Assembly: GCA_016208165.1 (NCBI GenBank)
Contig: JACQYL010000007.1
Span: 41,831-105,830 of the forward strand
Reading direction: 5' to 3'
Length of the DNA: 64,000 nucleotides
Source: Deltaproteobacteria bacterium
Lineage (GTDB): Bacteria; Desulfobacterota; Desulfarculia; JACQYL01
Part shown: positions 61,027 through 64,000 of the stretch, one piece after another
Layout of the letters: each line of letters opens with the position of its first letter
Numbering within the stretch: position 1 is the stretch's first letter
Program-made: the position numbers and the translations under genes
Notes under the pieces: generated by a model
What the model saw: the letters and a program-made list of their open reading frames with translations, nothing else
Told to the model about the DNA's origin: nothing
Database searches by the model: none

Positions 61027-61734
61027 CTATTCCAGTATAAACTCATCCCGTCTGTTTTTTGCCCAGGCCTCTTCGCTATGACGCGAGTCCGCCGGCCGTT
61101 CCTTCCCGTAACTGATGGTTCGAATCCGGTTCGCGTTTACACCGAGAAGCACCAAATAACGCTGAGCACTCTCAGCTCTCCTTTGACCGAGGGCCAAGTT
61201 ATACTCCACGCTTCCCCGTTCATCACAATGCCCTTCGATAAGGACATTCTTATTGCTGTTCTCCATTAGAAACGCGGATTTCGCCTGGAGTGTCTCCTTC
61301 CCCTTTTCAGTCAGAACCGCTGAATCGAAATCAAAGTAGATGGATTGAGCCTCGAACTTCTGACGCGTTTCGGCCGTAGTCTCCGCCCCTTTGGCCTGTC
61401 GCTGCCGCTCCATGCGCTCCTTTTCCATCTGCTCCCGTTGTTCGCGCTCCATGCGCTCGCGTTCCTGTTGCTCTCGCAGAGCTTGTTCACGCATGGCCGC
61501 TTCACGTTCGGCTTCCGTCATCTCCGCCTGTTCCTTCACCTCACCTTCGGCTGCTCCCATAGCAGAAGGCGATGCAGCTTCTCCTTCCTTCTCCATTTCC
61601 GAATAGGGCTTCTCTTTCATTTGGGGCGCGCCCGGCGTCTCCTTGAAAGCCTCTTTGGCGCACGATCCAAGCAACGTCAAACTCATGGCGAACACAAAAA
61701 TGGATACCCATACACACAAACCTTTACGTCCCAT
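61027..61734 (-). CDS. pal: peptidoglycan-associated lipoprotein (OmpA-like domain) with an extended charged linker
   Basis: Lipobox LLGSC; OmpA-like core IYFDFDSAVL...IEGHCDERGSVEYNLALGQRRA. Confidence 0.88.
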   Translation of the reverse strand: MGRKGLCVWVSIFVFAMSLTLLGSCAKEAFKETPGAPQMKEKPYSEMEKEGEAASPSAMGAAEGEVKEQAEMTEAEREAAMREQALREQQERERMEREQREQMEKERMERQRQAKGAETTAETRQKFEAQSIYFDFDSAVLTEKGKETLQAKSAFLMENSNKNVLIEGHCDERGSVEYNLALGQRRAESAQRYLVLLGVNANRIRTISYGKERPADSRHSEEAWAKNRRDEFILE

Positions 61735-61817
61735 CGGCTCCTCCTTTCAGACTTACTGAACAATCGATCTCCACAAGAAATTAACGCTAACACGCATTCC
61801 AATAAAACTGGTCTATC

Positions 61818-63179
61818 TTAATCATGAACGGGCGACCATGACGGACTCTCCTGCGTACCTTTCATGAAGGTGAGCCGTCTTTGATTCGATCCGTTCGCGT
61901 TCATCACATGAATGGCAAGATCCCCCGCCCTGTCGGATGAGAACGCAATCATGGTCCCATCCGGAGACCAGGTAGGCGACATGTTCAATCCCCCGGCATA
62001 GGTTAAGCGTTGGACATCTCCACCGTTGCAGTCCATGCTGAATACGTGAAAATCCCCGTTTAGGGACCGCGTAAAGGCGATACGATCCCCTCTGGGAGAC
62101 CAAGACGGATCCAGATTGCGCTTGCCTTCCACGGTCATGAGTCTCGTGTCGCCGTTGCCAAGGTCTTTCATGTAAATCTGAGGAGAACCGGCACGATTGG
62201 ACACGAAAGCCACTTTCTTCCCGTCCGGGCACCAGGTGGTAGACACATTGATTCCCCAACGATCCGTTATGGTTGAAACCACTCTTCCGTTCAGATCCAT
62301 CAGGAAAATATTCTCCCGCCCCTTCTTGCTTAAAGTAACGGCCAACGTTCTACCGTCCGGGGACCAAGCGGGGGCTATGTTCAATCCAGCGCCACTGGAA
62401 ATCAACTTCAACGTATTGGTGTCCATCCGTTTTACGAAAACCTCAGGGTTTCCATTCTTATAGGAAGTGAACGCCAGTTGGTCTCCCTTCGGAGACCAAC
62501 GAGGGGTGAGCGTCAGTGAATTGTAGGAAGTGACCCGCTCGATGTTGCGTCCGTCGAAATCCACCGCGAAGATGTCTTTGACTTTTCCCTCCCCCTGCAC
62601 AAAAGCGATTCTTGTCCCCAAAGCCCCCTCGAAGCCCGTAAGCGCTTTGATGATCTCGTTCCCGAAACGGCGGATCATGCGCTCTCGGGTGGCTGAGGGC
62701 CCGGAATACTTCTTTCCTAAAAGACGCTCCCCTCGAAGGACGTCGAAAAGCCTCAACTGCAAGGATATTTCATCGCCGGACACCGATATGCCGCCCGTGA
62801 CCAATACTTCCGCGCCGATGATCGACCATGCCCGGAATTGGATGTCTTTCTCGGTAACACCCGTCAGTGAAAGATCCTGCAGGGTGGAATCAGTTCCCAG
62901 TATTTGAAAATATCCGGTGTACGCAAGGTCGTCCGACAGGAGTTGAGACAGTTCTTTAGAGAATTTCAGCTCTTCCTTCGATTCACCGAGAGCCTTGAAC
63001 GGGGGAATCGCTATCGGATACTTTGTGAGTCCCGGAGAGTTGATATCAATACGGATCAATGCGTATGCCGGGGCTGCGCTCAACGCGGAGCAGACAAAAA
63101 GCAACACTAGCCAAGCAGGGCATGAAATTAACACTTTCAGTTTTCTCATCAAAATTCTTTTCCTTCTATACACCGGCAT
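61818..63179 (-). CDS. tolB: Tol-Pal system beta-propeller protein TolB
   Basis: Repeated WSPDG/WSPRG/WCPDG blades and an N-terminal signal sequence. The alternative start at 63149 is plausible. Confidence 0.9.
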   Translation of the reverse strand: MPVYRRKRILMRKLKVLISCPAWLVLLFVCSALSAAPAYALIRIDINSPGLTKYPIAIPPFKALGESKEELKFSKELSQLLSDDLAYTGYFQILGTDSTLQDLSLTGVTEKDIQFRAWSIIGAEVLVTGGISVSGDEISLQLRLFDVLRGERLLGKKYSGPSATRERMIRRFGNEIIKALTGFEGALGTRIAFVQGEGKVKDIFAVDFDGRNIERVTSYNSLTLTPRWSPKGDQLAFTSYKNGNPEVFVKRMDTNTLKLISSGAGLNIAPAWSPDGRTLAVTLSKKGRENIFLMDLNGRVVSTITDRWGINVSTTWCPDGKKVAFVSNRAGSPQIYMKDLGNGDTRLMTVEGKRNLDPSWSPRGDRIAFTRSLNGDFHVFSMDCNGGDVQRLTYAGGLNMSPTWSPDGTMIAFSSDRAGDLAIHVMNANGSNQRRLTFMKGTQESPSWSPVHD

Positions 63180-63182
63180 CCA

Positions 63183-64000
63183 CTAACCTCTTCTCAAGTC
63201 GGCCAGACTGAACCGCAGTTCGATTTCCTCGTACGATTTCACGTACCCATCAGGGAAAGGGGGGAAAGGGTTCGAGTGTTGTACCGCGCGAAGCACAGAC
63301 TGGTCAAATAATTGATCGCCGGACGGCTTGACAAGCCGAAAACCAACGATGCTTCCGTCCCTCTGAACTTTCACCATGACCAAGGCCTCCGGTCCAAATC
63401 CACCGGACATGATGTCCGGGTAGGACCAGTTACTGCGCACCTTGTTCCATATATTCGTTTTGTATATTTGCAGCCGCAGACCTACGTCGGCCGTTCCCAA
63501 GCCTCCATTCCCCTCTTCCCCCTGTTCAGCCCCCTGTTCAGCCCCCTCATCAACGACGGCTTCCGTACGCGACTGCACCTTGGCGGAAATATCTTGTAAT
63601 GCCTTCTGGAGTTCCTTTTCTCGGGAAACCGTCTGTTTCTCAGCCTTCTGTTTCTCAACCGTCTGTTTCTCAACCTTGGCGCGAGCCTCTTTCTCCTTCT
63701 GGAGCTTCTCAACAGCATCGTCCACATTATCGATGGCGGGCGCAGGTTTAACTTTGGCTTTGCTGACATCCTTTGGCTTCAGAATCGGAATAGCCTCCGG
63801 CTTATCGACGACGGCGGGTTCCGGAGCGGACGCTACCGCTATCTTGCGAGCCTTGGTCAACGGAACAATTGTCTTTATGGGCTTTTCGGCTGAAGCCTTT
63901 GGGCCCGGCAGTTCGCCTTTGAAACCGGCCATGCTCACCAGATCCACAGTATAAGCGGGAGTAAAGGGTTCCCGGCTCGGCTGCAAACCCGGTAGAAACA
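63183..64000 (-). CDS. TolA/TonB-family protein, C-terminal part (5' end outside the window)
   Basis: Lys/Glu/Ala-rich repeat region (KQTVEKQKAEKQTV) and a TonB-C-like end (VKVQRDGSIVGFRLVKPSGDQLFDQSVLRAV). The frame stays open to the window edge and no TM segment is seen. Confidence 0.7.
   Translation of the reverse strand, partial: FLPGLQPSREPFTPAYTVDLVSMAGFKGELPGPKASAEKPIKTIVPLTKARKIAVASAPEPAVVDKPEAIPILKPKDVSKAKVKPAPAIDNVDDAVEKLQKEKEARAKVEKQTVEKQKAEKQTVSREKELQKALQDISAKVQSRTEAVVDEGAEQGAEQGEEGNGGLGTADVGLRLQIYKTNIWNKVRSNWSYPDIMSGGFGPEALVMVKVQRDGSIVGFRLVKPSGDQLFDQSVLRAVQHSNPFPPFPDGYVKSYEEIELRFSLADLRRG

Noticed and set aside
63440-63700. Short tandem DNA repeats (CCCCTGTTCAGC x2; CGTCTGTTTCTCA-type x3), considered as a possible repeat array
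   Set aside because: They lie inside the TolA-like ORF and encode its Lys/Glu/Gln-rich repeat region (AEQGAEQG, KQTVEKQKAEKQTV). There are no unique spacers, so this is not CRISPR-like.

Overview
This is a 64-kb GC-rich chromosomal segment. I support about 60 protein-coding genes plus one decayed gene. I found no rRNA, tRNA, CRISPR array, transposase, integrase or recognisable defence gene. The gene content suggests a strictly anaerobic, Gram-negative Deltaproteobacteria/Desulfobacterota-like organism; this is inference only, based on NfnAB, an acyl-CoA dehydrogenase with EtfBA, formate-THF ligase, a 2-hydroxyacyl-CoA-dehydratase-type enzyme pair, a B12-type radical SAM and Tol-Pal.

Layout:
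- 0-5.3 kb: NqrF-like reductase (5' end cut by the window edge), ilvA, and an orphan dehydratase pair.
- 5.5-9.7 kb: a secreted unknown protein, an orphan FliL-like protein, a USP, an atypical kinase and an FmdB zinc ribbon.
- 9.9-12.3 kb: nfnAB.
- 12.7-15.8 kb: SpmA/B-type membrane protein, an ABM protein and a secreted unknown.
- 16.1-19.6 kb: an oversized Lon-type protease.
- 19.8-20.4 kb: rsmG.
- 20.4-21.5 kb: an AT-rich, ORF-free gap that carries the best sigma-70 promoter in the window.
- 21.5-25.7 kb: a stand-alone GltB FMN-domain protein, a GYD protein, a zinc-ribbon-PilZ protein with a repeat tail, and a cNMP-binding protein.
- 26.3-30.9 kb: acyl-CoA dehydrogenase-etfB-etfA plus two unknown genes.
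- 31.2-35.3 kb: nadB-nadC-nadA-niaR.
- 35.4-39.3 kb: a heterodimeric ABC exporter.
- 39.7-41.5 kb: fhs.
- 41.9-47.1 kb: unknown proteins, an FKBP, a decayed tatD, a Cys-rich small ORF and a B12-radical SAM.
- 47.1-64.0 kb: housekeeping genes. Most of this block runs co-directionally on the minus strand: GT9, trmFO, topA, dprA, secF, secD, yajC, tgt, queA, DUF2065, cpoB, pal, tolB, and a TolA-like gene cut by the edge.

I did not find an unambiguous novel multi-gene system. The best leads are:
1. The promoter-driven ORF-free AT-rich tract at 20.56-21.47 kb.
2. The 1,161-aa Lon-type protease with unrecognisable terminal domains.
3. The PilZ protein with a four-copy LNAxRYxWR tail.
4. The Cys-rich small ORF in a low-GC pocket next to a B12-radical SAM.
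5. The decayed tatD.

All functional calls come from motif recognition by eye on the supplied translations. No database search was run.
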